Positions 1 to 10,874 of a DNA stretch of 62,784 nt are shown here, piece after piece. Under the pieces are notes generated by a model. It searched no databases, was not told the DNA's origin, and saw only the letters and a program-made list of their open reading frames with translations. The stretch lies in assembly GCA_002730855.1 (NCBI GenBank), contig PCBA01000046.1:1-62784 (forward strand). Direction: 5' to 3'. The stretch comes from Gammaproteobacteria bacterium (lineage in GTDB: Bacteria; Pseudomonadota; Gammaproteobacteria; Magnimaribacterales; Magnimaribacteraceae). The number at the start of each line of letters is the position of its first letter. Within the stretch, counting starts at the first letter, position 1. The translations under genes and the position numbers were made by a program.

Positions 1-2
1 AT

Positions 3-428
3 AAAGAGCTTTCAAAGAATTTCTCAAATTTAACCGGGGGCAACTATAAAGAGAATGGAGAAGTAGAAATCCTAGGAAGGCATATAAAGACTTTAAAAAA
101 AGCAAAAGGATCTGTTTGGTTTAATTTCAAAGAAATATGTGAAGGGCCAAGAAGCGCAAAAGACTATATTGAGATATGCACAGAATTTCATACTGTCTTT
201 GTGTCCGAAATACCAATCTTTAGTGCTGATAATGAAGATTCAGCTAGAAGGTTTATAGCACTTGTAGACGAATGCTATGAACGAAAAGTAAACCTGATTC
301 TATCTTTAGAATCAGGCCTAGAAGATCTATATAAGGGCCAAAGATTGACAGGACCTTACAAAAGAACTCTGAGCAGATTAGTGGAAATGAGGTCTAGAGA
401 ATATCTTTCTAAACCTCATCTTGGTTAA
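3..428 (+). CDS. zapE: AFG1/ZapE-family ATPase, C-terminal part (5' end outside the window)
   Basis: Frame 3 is open from the window edge to TAA 426-428. The translation (..FNFKEICEGPRSAKDYIEICTEFHTVFVSEIPIF..RRFIALVDECYERKVNLI..) resembles the C-terminal half of ZapE/AFG1. The GTG at 201 in the ORF track is internal. Confidence 0.8.
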   Translation, partial: KELSKNFSNLTGGNYKENGEVEILGRHIKTLKKAKGSVWFNFKEICEGPRSAKDYIEICTEFHTVFVSEIPIFSADNEDSARRFIALVDECYERKVNLILSLESGLEDLYKGQRLTGPYKRTLSRLVEMRSREYLSKPHLG

Positions 429-430
429 AG

Positions 431-712
431 CTATACCGACTGAAGAACTTTTATCTCAGGAGCACCTGCCATAAATGGACCCATTTGTGCTCCCAATTCT
501 CTGAAGTAATCAGTTTTCCCATGCGCATCTTGTGCTTCTTGATCTTTGTACTTTTCTAAGAAAACATAAGTAGTGTCATCTTGTTTATATAAGTCATAGT
601 AAACAACACCATCTTCATTGGCATTTACCTTTTCAACGAGTTGGCTTGCTATGGCCTCAAACTCACTTCCTGAGCCTTCTTTTATTTTTAAAGTAGCCAC
701 TATTCCTATCAT
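431..712 (-). CDS. ABM-domain (antibiotic biosynthesis monooxygenase-like / putative quinol monooxygenase) protein
   Basis: 93 aa, the size of a ferredoxin-like dimeric alpha/beta barrel. Shows the pattern YYDLYKQ..TYVFLEKYKDQEAQDAHGKTDYF typical of ABM domains. Confidence 0.7.
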   Translation of the reverse strand: MIGIVATLKIKEGSGSEFEAIASQLVEKVNANEDGVVYYDLYKQDDTTYVFLEKYKDQEAQDAHGKTDYFRELGAQMGPFMAGAPEIKVLQSV

Positions 713-788
713 TTTATTTCTCCCTAATTGATAAATAAGTTGTAGACTTTATTCATAATTGAGCAATTAATCGAGAACTTTTTAGTTT

Positions 789-2003
789 ATGGAAGAATTA
801 GTAGTAGTTGGAGGAGGACAGGCAGCAATTCAGTGTATTGCCTCTTTAAGAAAAGAAGGCTATTCAGGCTCAATAACTTTAGTAGGGGAGGAAAACCACC
901 TCCCTTATCAACGCCCTCCTCTATCAAAAGGTTTCTTAAGTGGCTCGACGGAAAGCGACAGATTATATTTTAAAAAAATTGAATTCTTCCAGGAAAATTC
1001 TATACAGCTCAATTTAGCCGTTAAAGCTGTCAAAATAGATCGAGAAAACTGTCTAGTTCACCTATCTGACAACAAATCTATTGGGTACGACAAGCTAGTG
1101 TTGGCCACAGGCAGTAGGGTCAGAAAGCTACAATTTCCTGGATCAGAACTTAAAGGAATACACTATTTAAGAGGAATCGACGATGCTGAGTCACTTAAAG
1201 AAGACCTTATGAAGGGCAACAATCTAGCAATAGTTGGCGCAGGTTACATAGGGCTAGAAGTAGCTGCAGCGGCCAAAGAATTTGACACCAAAATTACGGT
1301 CATAGAGATGGCAGATAGAGTAATGAATAGAACAGTGGATCCAATTATTTCAGACTATTATCAGAAACTTCACTCTAAGAATGAAGTTGAATTTATTCTT
1401 AATGAGAGCCTAGAAAAGATTGATGGTAAAAAAACAGTTGAGCAAGTTATTTGTTCTGGCGGTTCGTCGATTCAAGCAGAAACAGTGGTAATAGGTGCAG
1501 GAGTTATTCCTAATATCGAATTAGCTGAAGAATCTGGACTGAGTTGTGATAACGGTATTTGTGTAGACGAATATGCACAAACTGAAGACAAAAAAATATA
1601 TGCTTGTGGAGATTGCACCAACCACCCAAATAAAAAACTAAATCGTAGATTAAGATTAGAATCTGTTCATAACGCAATGGAACAATCTAAGACTGTCGCT
1701 TCCTCTATTATGGGCAACAAGATTGCTTATAATCAAGTGCCTTGGTTTTGGTCAGACCAATATGATCATAAACTCCAAATCGTAGGCCTATCAGGAGAAC
1801 ATGATCAGGTTTTGATTAGAGGCAGCCAAGATGAATCCAAATTTATGTTGTTCTACTTAAAAGATGAAGAACTTATTGCTGTAGATGCTGTCAATAATCC
1901 AAAAGAATTTTTAATTTGTAGAAAGTTAGTTGAAAATAAAGTTAAAATAAGTTCTGATGATATTCTTAATCAATCGATAAATTTAAACGATTTAATTATA
2001 TGA
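789..2003 (+). CDS. FAD-dependent pyridine nucleotide-disulfide oxidoreductase, ferredoxin/rubredoxin reductase-like
   Basis: N-terminal VVVGGGQAA and second AIVGAGYIGLE dinucleotide folds, a GDC motif (YACGDCT), and a C-terminal reductase dimerisation region. Confidence 0.8.
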   Translation: MEELVVVGGGQAAIQCIASLRKEGYSGSITLVGEENHLPYQRPPLSKGFLSGSTESDRLYFKKIEFFQENSIQLNLAVKAVKIDRENCLVHLSDNKSIGYDKLVLATGSRVRKLQFPGSELKGIHYLRGIDDAESLKEDLMKGNNLAIVGAGYIGLEVAAAAKEFDTKITVIEMADRVMNRTVDPIISDYYQKLHSKNEVEFILNESLEKIDGKKTVEQVICSGGSSIQAETVVIGAGVIPNIELAEESGLSCDNGICVDEYAQTEDKKIYACGDCTNHPNKKLNRRLRLESVHNAMEQSKTVASSIMGNKIAYNQVPWFWSDQYDHKLQIVGLSGEHDQVLIRGSQDESKFMLFYLKDEELIAVDAVNNPKEFLICRKLVENKVKISSDDILNQSINLNDLII

Positions 2004-2332
2004 AGAAGACAGTAGAAACAGCTTACTCCCTAGGTCAAGTAGTCAAACATAAGTACCTTGATTTTAGAGGGGTAATTTACGATGTTGACCCTGAATTTAA
2101 CAATACTGAAGAATGGTATAAATCTATTCCTGTAGCTATAAGGCCAAAGAAAGATCAACCCTTTTACCATGTATTCGCAGAAAATGATCAAGTCTTTTAT
2201 TCAGCCTACGTCTCTCAACAAAACTTATTAGTAGATGACAGCAACATACCCATAGAGCATCCAGATGTGCCTGTATTTTTCGGTGGGTTTGATGGAGATT
2301 CTTACGAGGTATTAGAAAATAGTAAAAATTAA
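2000..2332 (+). CDS. hspQ: Heat-shock protein HspQ (YccV hemimethylated-DNA-binding domain)
   Basis: 110 aa. GQVVKHKYLDFRGVIYDVDPEF..PFYHVFAEND resembles E. coli HspQ. ATGA overlap with the upstream gene. Confidence 0.75.
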   Translation: MKKTVETAYSLGQVVKHKYLDFRGVIYDVDPEFNNTEEWYKSIPVAIRPKKDQPFYHVFAENDQVFYSAYVSQQNLLVDDSNIPIEHPDVPVFFGGFDGDSYEVLENSKN

Positions 2333-2338
2333 GTTTTT

Positions 2339-3532
2339 TTAATTGTCCTGGTTAGCCAAACCAAGACAACAAACCAATATCTCCATTGCTGAGTCTAATT
2401 CCTCAATTGAACAAGCTGTAGGTGCAATTCTAAGATATTGATCTTCAGGATCTACCCCATAAGGATGGGTTGATCCGGCGGGAGTTAATTTGAGGCCTAA
2501 TTCACTTGCTAAAGAAATTATCCTTTTTGCAAGGCCAGGCTTTGTCTTTAATAAAACAAAATCCCCGCCAGTAGGCCTTGTCCATGAGCCGTACTCTTGC
2601 CCTGATAGCCACTTCTGAACTAACTCAAACTTGGGTTTAATTAAATCAGCATGTTTTCTCATATGTTGCAGCAATTCATTTTCTTCAAAGAATCTTATAT
2701 GCCTTTTCTGATTTAATTTATCAGGGCCTATTATTAAAGCGGAATAGAAAGGCAGGAATGAATCTTGGTTGGTTTGCGATAAAGCAATAAAACCTATCCC
2801 TGCTCCTGAGTAGGTTATTTTAGATGTGGAGCCAAACTCTACCACCAAATCTTCGCTTCCTTTCTTTTTTGCAATAGAAAAGATGTCTTCTAAGACCTCC
2901 AATCCTGAAAAATCATGAACGGCGTAGGCATTATCCCAAAATATCCTGCTTTTCTTTCTGGTTTTACTAAATATATCTATTAATCCTTCAATAGTTTCCT
3001 TGCTATATGTTTCACCTGTGGGATTAGAATGTTTTGGTACACACCAAATACCCCTAATGGAGTCATCCGATTCAATGTAAGACCTAATTAAGTTCAAATC
3101 GGGCCCTTGACCGGTTAACGGGACAGGAATCATGTTGATTCCTAGGCTTTCACTCAGAAAAAAGTGTCTATCATATCCTGGAACAGGGCACAGAACAGAA
3201 ACCCTCTCTTCTGAAGACCATGGCCCATCTCCTACACCCTGAATACATAGATATGAAAGATATTGAGACATCAAAGTAAGACTACTATTTCCTCCAGCCC
3301 AAACATATTCTTCATTGCAGCCTAATATCTTTGAGCCTAGCTTCCTACATTCGTACAATCCTTTTACTTGACCATAATTTCTTATATCTACGCCATCTGA
3401 AATATAACTATCAATATTGAGAGAGTCTAATGGGCGAGAAAGATCTAATTGATCACTTGCTGGTTTACCGCGAGTAAGATCAAGGCTCATTTCCTTTTCC
3501 TTTAATTCTTCAAATTGTGACAAATATTCCAT
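2339..3532 (-). CDS. PLP-dependent aminotransferase (class I/II fold)
   Basis: 397 aa. Has an NPTG motif (HSNPTGETY), DNAY, and a putative PLP-lysine in FGSTSKITYSGAGIG. Confidence 0.7.
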   Translation of the reverse strand: MEYLSQFEELKEKEMSLDLTRGKPASDQLDLSRPLDSLNIDSYISDGVDIRNYGQVKGLYECRKLGSKILGCNEEYVWAGGNSSLTLMSQYLSYLCIQGVGDGPWSSEERVSVLCPVPGYDRHFFLSESLGINMIPVPLTGQGPDLNLIRSYIESDDSIRGIWCVPKHSNPTGETYSKETIEGLIDIFSKTRKKSRIFWDNAYAVHDFSGLEVLEDIFSIAKKKGSEDLVVEFGSTSKITYSGAGIGFIALSQTNQDSFLPFYSALIIGPDKLNQKRHIRFFEENELLQHMRKHADLIKPKFELVQKWLSGQEYGSWTRPTGGDFVLLKTKPGLAKRIISLASELGLKLTPAGSTHPYGVDPEDQYLRIAPTACSIEELDSAMEILVCCLGLANQDN

Positions 3533-3736
3533 TTCACTTAATAGTTATTTAAAACGATGCGATATTATCATCGTCAACTATCGGTTAACAGATAAAAAAG
3601 AAATTGTTCGAATTTCGATCAATTTTATTCTCCCCTTCATTTACCTTACATGCAGAATTTAGTTAACAAACTTATCCACAACTTCGGTGGATAAAGTCAA
3701 ATTTGCTTAAGACAACTTTTTGCTTAAAGGTTACAA

Positions 3737-4855
3737 TTGCATTTTAAACATTGGTCCTTGAATAAAAAAACTCCACTATTCGAAAAGCATATTGATGCCA
3801 AAGCAAAGATGGTTGATTTCCATGGCTGGTCAATGCCAATTAATTATGGTTCTCAAATTTTAGAACACGAAGAGGTAAGGAAAGGTTGTGGTATTTTTGA
3901 TGTTTCGCATATGACCATACTTGATTTTAAAGGGCCCGATGTAAAACATTTTATAAGGACTCTCATTGCAAATGATGTAGATAAATTAAAGGAGGACTGC
4001 GAGGGTCTGTATTCAGCAATGCTCAATGAAGGGGCTGGCGTAATTGATGACCTAATTGCTTATAAGATGGAATTTGGTTATAGATTGGTAGTTAACTGCG
4101 CAACCCGTGAAGAAAATTTAAAATGGATATCTTCAAAATCTTCTGGGTTTAATGTAAAGATAAAAGAGCGGGAAGATCTGTCAATGATCGCAGTTCAAGG
4201 GCCTAAATCTCTAAAGATCTTGAAAGACTTAGGCTTTCACTCAGTTAGTTCTTTAGAATCGAAGAAAAGAGGGCAAGGTGTATATAAAGATGATGTTATG
4301 GCTGTCAAAACTGGTTATACAGGAGAAAAAGGCTTTGAAGTTATCCTTCCTAATGGACAATCACAATTATTTTGGGACAGTGCTTTAAAAATTGGGGCCA
4401 GCCCTATAGGTCTAGCAGCTAGAGATACACTCAGACTAGAGGCAGGAATGAACCTTTATGGTTTTGAAATGAATGAGTCTATTTCTCCCCTTGAATGCAA
4501 TATGGCCAGGACAGTCTCTTGGTTAGACGAAGAAAGAAATTTCATAGGCAAGGGCGCTCTTTCAAAAATTCTAAGAGAGAACAAATATCATGAGCTCGTT
4601 GGAATTTTACTAAATGAAAGAACCATCTTAAGACAAGGACAGAAACTGTATTTAGATGAAGAGAAAAAGCTTGAGGGTGTTGTAACGAGTGGTACCTATT
4701 CCCCTACTTTAAAAAAACCAATTGCCCTGGCAAGGCTGCCTAGAGAAAATACAAAAATTTGCTTCGCAGAGTCCCGTGGTAAGTTAATACAGGCTAAAAT
4801 AGGCTCTCCAAAATTTATAAACGAAGGTAAGGAAGTATTTAAGGAAAGAAGATGA
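3737..4855 (+). CDS. gcvT: Glycine cleavage system T protein (aminomethyltransferase)
   Basis: KTPLFEKH..KMVDFHGWSMPINYGS..GIFDVSHMTILDFKG aligns with E. coli GcvT. TTG start at 3737 with AAAGG 6 nt upstream; TTG at 3758 is an alternative. Followed by gcvH and gcvP. Confidence 0.93.
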   Translation: MHFKHWSLNKKTPLFEKHIDAKAKMVDFHGWSMPINYGSQILEHEEVRKGCGIFDVSHMTILDFKGPDVKHFIRTLIANDVDKLKEDCEGLYSAMLNEGAGVIDDLIAYKMEFGYRLVVNCATREENLKWISSKSSGFNVKIKEREDLSMIAVQGPKSLKILKDLGFHSVSSLESKKRGQGVYKDDVMAVKTGYTGEKGFEVILPNGQSQLFWDSALKIGASPIGLAARDTLRLEAGMNLYGFEMNESISPLECNMARTVSWLDEERNFIGKGALSKILRENKYHELVGILLNERTILRQGQKLYLDEEKKLEGVVTSGTYSPTLKKPIALARLPRENTKICFAESRGKLIQAKIGSPKFINEGKEVFKERR

Positions 4856-5241
4856 CCGACCTAACTAAAGAGATTAGATATCTGCCAACGCATGAATGGG
4901 GAAGAATAGATGAAGATGGAGTTTTAACTGTAGGAATTAGTGATCAAGCACAGGGCTTGTTGGGAGATATCGTGTTTATAGAACTCCCTGAGATAGGAAG
5001 TTATATTGATGCTGAAGAAGAGTCAGCAATAGTTGAGTCTGTAAAAGCAGCTTCAGACATATATGCTCCTTTATCAGGAGAGGTTATTGAGATTAATGAG
5101 AAACTCCTTGATGAACCAGAAACAGTAAATACATCTCCACTTCAAGAAGGCTGGTTTTATAAGATAAGGATTACCAGCACTGAAGGATTTGAAAGCCTTA
5201 TGACTGAAGAAGAATATCAAATATTTTGTGAAGAAGAATAA
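4852..5241 (+). CDS. gcvH: Glycine cleavage system H protein (lipoyl carrier)
   Basis: 129 aa. Lipoyl-lysine motif ESVKAASDIYAPLSGEV. ATGA overlap with gcvT. Confidence 0.93.
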   Translation: MTDLTKEIRYLPTHEWGRIDEDGVLTVGISDQAQGLLGDIVFIELPEIGSYIDAEEESAIVESVKAASDIYAPLSGEVIEINEKLLDEPETVNTSPLQEGWFYKIRITSTEGFESLMTEEEYQIFCEEE

Positions 5242-5244
5242 GCT

Positions 5245-8079
5245 TTGACATTGAAAGAAAGAAAAGATCTCAGCCTTTTTTCTAGAAGGCATATAGGACC
5301 CGATGATAATGACTTAGATCATATGCTGAAGACCATTGGATTCAATTCTATGGAATCTTTTATAGATGCGGTTGTCCCTAACAAAATCCTAGAAAAGAAA
5401 AAAACTGATATTGGGGAAGAAAAGACCGAAGAAGCCGCCCTAAAAGAGTTAAGAGAACTCTCTTTACAAAACAAAGTGTTCAAGAACTATATCGGACAGG
5501 GGCATTACGCCACCATTACTCCTAAAGTTATTCAAAGAAATGTCTTCGAGAACCCAGGATGGTACACCTCTTACACGCCCTATCAACCAGAAATTTCACA
5601 GGGTAGATTAGAGGCCTTAATTAACTTTCAAACTATGGTTAGTGACTTAACCACAATGGATATTGCCAATGCTTCTTTATTAGATGAAGCCACTGCTGCT
5701 GCCGAAGCAATGACACTTGCTAAAAGGTCGTCTAAATCTAAATCTAATATCTTTTTTATAGATCAGAATTGTTTCAATAATACGATCAATGTTTTAAAGA
5801 CACGGGCATTGCCATTAGGAATAGATATTAAATTAGGACGTCCTGAGGAAGCGGATTCTTGTGACTATTTTGGAATACTACTTCAATATCCTGGATCAGA
5901 CGGTAGAATTGCAAATTTTGAGAAAACTATTAAGGATGCTCATGGTAAAGATGGCCTTGTAGTTTTTGCTTGCGACTTACTTGCTCTTACTTTACTGAAG
6001 TCGCCTGGAGAGCTAGGCGCAGACATAGTAGTCGGATCTTCTCAAAGATTTGGGGTTCCGCTTGGTTGCGGAGGTCCACATGCAGCCTTTATAGCCGTAA
6101 ACGAGAACCTAAAAAGATCTCTTCCAGGAAGGATAGTTGGAGTATCCGTAGATAGCTCTGGAGACCTTGCCTATAGATTGGCTTTGCAAACACGGGAACA
6201 GCATATTCGAAGAGAAAAGGCGACGAGCAATATATGCACAGCACAGGCATTACTTGCCATTATGGCCGGTTTCTATGCTATTTATCATGGACCAGAAGGT
6301 TTAAAACAAATAGCTAGGAATGTTAATCATTTAACCAAGCTATTAGCACAAAATCTTAAAGAGAATGGATTTGAGTTATTGCATGAATCTTTCTTTGATA
6401 CCTTGACTGTCTCCACAAAAGACAAGACAAAAGAGATAATTGATAGGGCCTTATCGCAAGAATGTAATTTAAGAATAGTTGATGATGAAACTTTAGGAGT
6501 ATCTTTAGACGAGACCTCTTCCTTGGATGATGTAATGATTCTACTTACAATATTTTTAGGTAAAGAAATTAAGATAGAAGAGACTGACAATAATTCTTTT
6601 CCTAAAGAGCTAATAAGAAAAACTAGTTTCTTAACCCATCCTGTATTTTCAAATCACCAAACAGAAACTGAGATGTTGAGGTATGTAAGAAGGCTTTGCG
6701 ATAAAGATATTGCCTTAGACAGGGCTATGATTCCTCTGGGGTCTTGTACAATGAAACTAAACGCAACTTCTGAAATGATTCCTGTTAGCTGGCCTGAGTT
6801 CTCTCAAATACATCCTTTCGCTCCTAAAGAACAACTTCAAGGTTATGAACAATTAATATCTGAAATTGAAAGTATGTTAGCTGACTTGACTGGATATTCA
6901 GCTATTTCCATACAGCCTAATGCTGGCTCACAAGGAGAGTATGCAGGCTTGTTGGCTATTGATGCCTTTCATAAAGACAATGGCGATAATGAAAGAAATA
7001 TTTGTTTAATACCAAAATCAGCCCATGGAACTAACCCTGCTTCAGCACAAATGGTAGGCCTGAAGGTAGTACCAATTGAGTGTGATGATCAAGGAAATAT
7101 AGATTTAAAAGACCTGAGAGACAAAGCGGAGAAATATACAAAAAACTTATCTTCATTAATGATCACTTACCCATCTACACATGGTGTTTTTGAAACAACA
7201 GTTACTGAGGTATGTGAAATAATCCACTCTCATGGAGCCTTTGTTTATATTGATGGAGCTAATTTCAATGCCATGGTTGGTCTTTGTTATCCAGGTTTTT
7301 TTGGTGGAGATGTATCACACTTAAATTTACATAAAACCTTTAGTATTCCACATGGAGGTGGAGGACCTGGCATAGGTCCAATAGGAGTGGTCGATAAACT
7401 AAAAGAATTTCTACCTAGCAAACATAATAAAATAGATAAAGTTGGACCAGTATCAGGGTCAGACTGGGGAAGCGCTAGCATCTTACCTATTAGTTGGATG
7501 TACATGAAGATGATGGGAACCGAAGGTCTTGTGAAAGCAACAGAGTCTGCTATTTTAAATACTAACTACATGGCTACGAAGCTCAAAGACCACTATGAAA
7601 TATTATTTAAAGGCGAGAATGGTTTGGTCGCACACGAATGCATTATTGATATAAGGCCACTTAAAGAAAAATCAGGGGTAGGAATAGAAGATATAGCTAA
7701 AAGATTAATAGATTATGGCTTTCATGCTCCTACAATGTCTTGGCCTGTATCGGGAACCCTAATGATAGAACCAACTGAAAGTGAGTCTTTGAAAGAAATA
7801 GATAGGTTCTGTGAAGCCATGATTAAAATAAGAGAAGAAATTAATGATATTGAGATGGGTAAATCAAGCAAAGAAGATAACCTTTTAAAGAACTCCCCTC
7901 ACACAGCAAAAACATTAATTTCAGATAAATGGGATCATTCTTACAAAAGGTCTGAAGCTGCATATCCTTTAAATTCTCTACAGGAAGGAAAGTATTGGCC
8001 GCCTGTAGGCCGTGTTGATAATGTGTATGGAGATAGAAACCTTATGTGCAGTTGCCCTTCTATGGAAGATTACGATTAA
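5245..8079 (+). CDS. gcvP: Glycine dehydrogenase (decarboxylating), single-chain P protein
   Basis: 944 aa with a TTG start. [25 protein letters not shown] and a C-terminal PLP region (HLNLHKTF). Confidence 0.95.
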   Translation: MTLKERKDLSLFSRRHIGPDDNDLDHMLKTIGFNSMESFIDAVVPNKILEKKKTDIGEEKTEEAALKELRELSLQNKVFKNYIGQGHYATITPKVIQRNVFENPGWYTSYTPYQPEISQGRLEALINFQTMVSDLTTMDIANASLLDEATAAAEAMTLAKRSSKSKSNIFFIDQNCFNNTINVLKTRALPLGIDIKLGRPEEADSCDYFGILLQYPGSDGRIANFEKTIKDAHGKDGLVVFACDLLALTLLKSPGELGADIVVGSSQRFGVPLGCGGPHAAFIAVNENLKRSLPGRIVGVSVDSSGDLAYRLALQTREQHIRREKATSNICTAQALLAIMAGFYAIYHGPEGLKQIARNVNHLTKLLAQNLKENGFELLHESFFDTLTVSTKDKTKEIIDRALSQECNLRIVDDETLGVSLDETSSLDDVMILLTIFLGKEIKIEETDNNSFPKELIRKTSFLTHPVFSNHQTETEMLRYVRRLCDKDIALDRAMIPLGSCTMKLNATSEMIPVSWPEFSQIHPFAPKEQLQGYEQLISEIESMLADLTGYSAISIQPNAGSQGEYAGLLAIDAFHKDNGDNERNICLIPKSAHGTNPASAQMVGLKVVPIECDDQGNIDLKDLRDKAEKYTKNLSSLMITYPSTHGVFETTVTEVCEIIHSHGAFVYIDGANFNAMVGLCYPGFFGGDVSHLNLHKTFSIPHGGGGPGIGPIGVVDKLKEFLPSKHNKIDKVGPVSGSDWGSASILPISWMYMKMMGTEGLVKATESAILNTNYMATKLKDHYEILFKGENGLVAHECIIDIRPLKEKSGVGIEDIAKRLIDYGFHAPTMSWPVSGTLMIEPTESESLKEIDRFCEAMIKIREEINDIEMGKSSKEDNLLKNSPHTAKTLISDKWDHSYKRSEAAYPLNSLQEGKYWPPVGRVDNVYGDRNLMCSCPSMEDYD

Positions 8080-8726
8080 CTTTTTAGTCTAGATCTATCT
8101 ATTTCCCAATTTTTCTTTTTAGCCACTTCCAATAGCTGCGTATCAGGGTTAACGGCAGTAGGAAAATCAGAAAACTCTAACAAAGCTAGATCGTGTATAG
8201 AATCCGAATAAGCATATATTTCTTCAAAAGACTGATAACCTATCCATTCCTTAACCCTTCTAACTTTTTCATCAGAAAAGTTAGGATAACCAGATACTTT
8301 ACCTGTATATAGGCCATTATTTATTTCAGCATCCGTACCAAAATAGTGCCTTACTCCTAATTCATTAGAAATCTCTTTAACTAAAAAGGATAAGGTGCCA
8401 GAAGTTATAACACATTCATCGGAAGAATGTCTCTTGAGCAGGTTGTAAGTGGTGTCGTCAGATAATTTATTAACCACCTTATTAGAAAATTCTTCTACTT
8501 TATCTCTAATATCTGAAGTTCTAATACCGTCTAAGGGACTTAACAAGAAGTTAGAGTATTCAAATATATCCAAACTTCCGTTTCTATAATTTCTTGTAAA
8601 GACTGACATCTTCTCTAAGAATGAATTATCCTTCACTATGCTATTTTCAATCATGAAATTTACCCATTCACCTTCTGTATCTCCAGATAAAAGAGTGTCA
8701 TCTAAATCAAATAATGCTAATTTCAT
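8076..8726 (-). CDS. HAD-IB family hydrolase (SerB/ThrH-like phosphatase)
   Basis: N-terminal LFDLDDTLL (DxDxT) motif and a later [11 protein letters not shown]. Divergent from rppH, as in Pseudomonas. Confidence 0.7.
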   Translation of the reverse strand: MKLALFDLDDTLLSGDTEGEWVNFMIENSIVKDNSFLEKMSVFTRNYRNGSLDIFEYSNFLLSPLDGIRTSDIRDKVEEFSNKVVNKLSDDTTYNLLKRHSSDECVITSGTLSFLVKEISNELGVRHYFGTDAEINNGLYTGKVSGYPNFSDEKVRRVKEWIGYQSFEEIYAYSDSIHDLALLEFSDFPTAVNPDTQLLEVAKKKNWEIDRSRLKS

Positions 8727-8786
8727 AACTTCTTACTAAATATAGACCTATTATAGTTAGAAGCGATCAATCTATAATGAATTAAA

Positions 8787-9290
8787 TTGGAAAATAAAGA
8801 AGACTACAGACCTAATGTTGCCATCATTATTGTTAATAAGGCTGGAAAGATTCTTTGGTGTAGAAGAAAAGACGGTTACGGGTGGCAATTCCCTCAAGGT
8901 GGTTTAGATAAAGACGAGAGCCCAATAGATGCCATTTATAGAGAAACACAAGAAGAGGTCGGCTTAGAAAAGGAAGATATAAGGATAATCAAAGAAAGCG
9001 AGGAATGGTTTGATTATAAAGTTCCAAAAAATAGAATTCCTAAATATTTTAGGTTCAGAAATAGTAAATTTATAGGGCAAACTCAAAAATGGTTTTTGGC
9101 AGAAATTCTTTGTGATGATAGCAATATAAACCTTAATGCTTCATCGCCAGTCGAGTTTGATAAGTGGGTCTGGGCAAATTACTGGCACCCTATATATGGA
9201 GGAGTTGAGTTTAAGAAGAAAACCTACAGGAAAGTTTTAATTAGCTTCTTACCTTATTATCATTCATGCCTTAAGGAATTATATTCTTGA
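8787..9290 (+). CDS. rppH: RNA pyrophosphohydrolase (Nudix)
   Basis: YRPNVAIIIVN..WQFPQGGLDKDESPIDAIYRETQEEVGL contains the Nudix box and is collinear with E. coli RppH. TTG start. Confidence 0.88.
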   Translation: MENKEDYRPNVAIIIVNKAGKILWCRRKDGYGWQFPQGGLDKDESPIDAIYRETQEEVGLEKEDIRIIKESEEWFDYKVPKNRIPKYFRFRNSKFIGQTQKWFLAEILCDDSNINLNASSPVEFDKWVWANYWHPIYGGVEFKKKTYRKVLISFLPYYHSCLKELYS

Positions 9291-10047
9291 TATTAAAAGT
9301 GAATTCTTTCTTACTTCCTTTAACCCCGTCTTCTAAATAAGTTTGTTCACAAACATCAATATCTCCAGATGGCAGAGTTCTGCAAATAGTTGTACATCTA
9401 GTACCGTATATATTAGATTTAATAAACCTATATGGTATCTCTGTTGCTTCCTTTGGTTTTAACTCTATTTTTGTCTTTTCATGCAGTCTTCCTTGTTCCT
9501 TTCTCATCATTCTTAGAGCAGAATCGATATCAAACTTTGAAAGACTAAGTTCTTGTAAATCTCTGACAACTGATGCAATCTTTGGTGAGTCTGCATTCAA
9601 AGTTAAGTTTCCAAGTGCGTGAACTCCTTCAGGCATAAAATAAATACCCTCAGACCTATTACAAAAGTAAAATAATCCAGTCATATCTCCTACTATTAAA
9701 TTAAAGCCTGCATAATTCTCTATATCCAAGCTCTCTAAATAAGCTTTAGATGATAGATTAGACTCTAAGAACTGAGTTACTAACAATCCTCGTGAAAGTT
9801 TAAATTCCTGATTAGTATTTTCTTTATAGTTTGTTAATGCAGCGAACCTTCCCCCTTTACTAAAACCCAACCATGCCCCTCCTGCTTCATTGTCTTTTCC
9901 TGCTATGATTTCCTTATCCGCCCACCAATGCATCTGGCCTGTAGGTCTTTCATGATACTCATCTCTGTTAGCAATAATGGTATAGAAGTAAGCTTCCTTG
10001 CCTTTCCAGTCTTTTGCTTTCTCTATAGATAAGGCAACTAGACACAT
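9271..10047 (-). CDS. NRDE-family protein (TANGO2/DUF833-like)
   Basis: Starts MCLV and contains the literal family motif in IIANRDEYHERP. Confidence 0.75.
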   Translation of the reverse strand: MCLVALSIEKAKDWKGKEAYFYTIIANRDEYHERPTGQMHWWADKEIIAGKDNEAGGAWLGFSKGGRFAALTNYKENTNQEFKLSRGLLVTQFLESNLSSKAYLESLDIENYAGFNLIVGDMTGLFYFCNRSEGIYFMPEGVHALGNLTLNADSPKIASVVRDLQELSLSKFDIDSALRMMRKEQGRLHEKTKIELKPKEATEIPYRFIKSNIYGTRCTTICRTLPSGDIDVCEQTYLEDGVKGSKKEFTFNIKNIIP

Positions 10048-10088
10048 AAATTATAAGAGGACACAGAAGTTAGTGATAAAATAAGCCC

Positions 10089-10874
10089 TTGGAAATCTTC
10101 TTATACTTTTTTCTTGGCACATTTTCTGGTGTTCTTGCTGGTCTCTTTGGCATAGGTGGTGGAATAATCATAATACCAACTTTTTTCTTCGTATTCTCGT
10201 ACCTTGGCTTTGCTGATGAAATTCTATCACATATGGTTTTAGGCAGTTCATTGGGTGTAATTGTTTTTAGTTCAATCTCTTCAACATTTTCACATAATAT
10301 AAAAGATGCAGTGGACTGGGGCTTAATTAGGGTAGTTGCTCCAAGTATTGTTATAGGGTCTGCTCTAGGAGGTTTTACGGCGGGTTTATTAGAAAGCAAT
10401 ACTCTACAAGGATTAGTTTCTTTATTCCTAGTGGTAGCTTCAATACAATTGATCTTTGAATTTCCTCCCCCCCCTCAAAACCCCCAAACCAATCTATTTG
10501 GACCTGTTATTGCTGGCGGAGGGATAGGATGGCTTTCGGGTGTTTTTGGTATAGGTGGGGGTATATTCTCAGTTCCTTATTTCTATCACAGAGGCCTTAA
10601 GATGATGAATGCAATAGGTACTTCAGCTGCTTGTGGAATCCCAATAGCAATCTCAGGGTCAATTTCTTATATGGTTATTGGCCTTAACGATATTAACTTA
10701 CCAAATTATAGTGTGGGATATGTCTACCTTCCAGCCACGATAGTTGTTGGAATAATGAGCTCTCTCACTGCTAAATTTGGAGTAAATATTGCTCATCGAA
10801 TGAAACAAAAAAAACTTAGAATAGCGTTTGCATTTTTAGTTATGATAATGGCTTTAAACTTGTTAATGAGGTAA
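10089..10874 (+). CDS. TauE/SafE (TSUP) family anion exporter
   Basis: Two 4-TM halves, each carrying GxFGIGGG (GLFGIGGGIIIIP and GVFGIGGGIFSVP). TTG start. Confidence 0.8.
   Translation: MEIFLYFFLGTFSGVLAGLFGIGGGIIIIPTFFFVFSYLGFADEILSHMVLGSSLGVIVFSSISSTFSHNIKDAVDWGLIRVVAPSIVIGSALGGFTAGLLESNTLQGLVSLFLVVASIQLIFEFPPPPQNPQTNLFGPVIAGGGIGWLSGVFGIGGGIFSVPYFYHRGLKMMNAIGTSAACGIPIAISGSISYMVIGLNDINLPNYSVGYVYLPATIVVGIMSSLTAKFGVNIAHRMKQKKLRIAFAFLVMIMALNLLMR

Noticed and set aside
3672-3680. Exact DnaA box TTATCCACA as a possible replication-origin element
   Set aside because: There is only one inverted pair of boxes. It has no cluster of additional boxes, no adjacent AT-rich 13-mer unwinding element and no dnaA/dnaN/gidA context. 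A single 9-mer match is expected by chance in about 125 kb of two-strand sequence.
3533-3736. Expected a glycine riboswitch upstream of gcvT
   Set aside because: I could not find GGAGAG...ACCGAAGGGGCAA-type conserved cores on the sense strand. Only the hairpin reported above is present.
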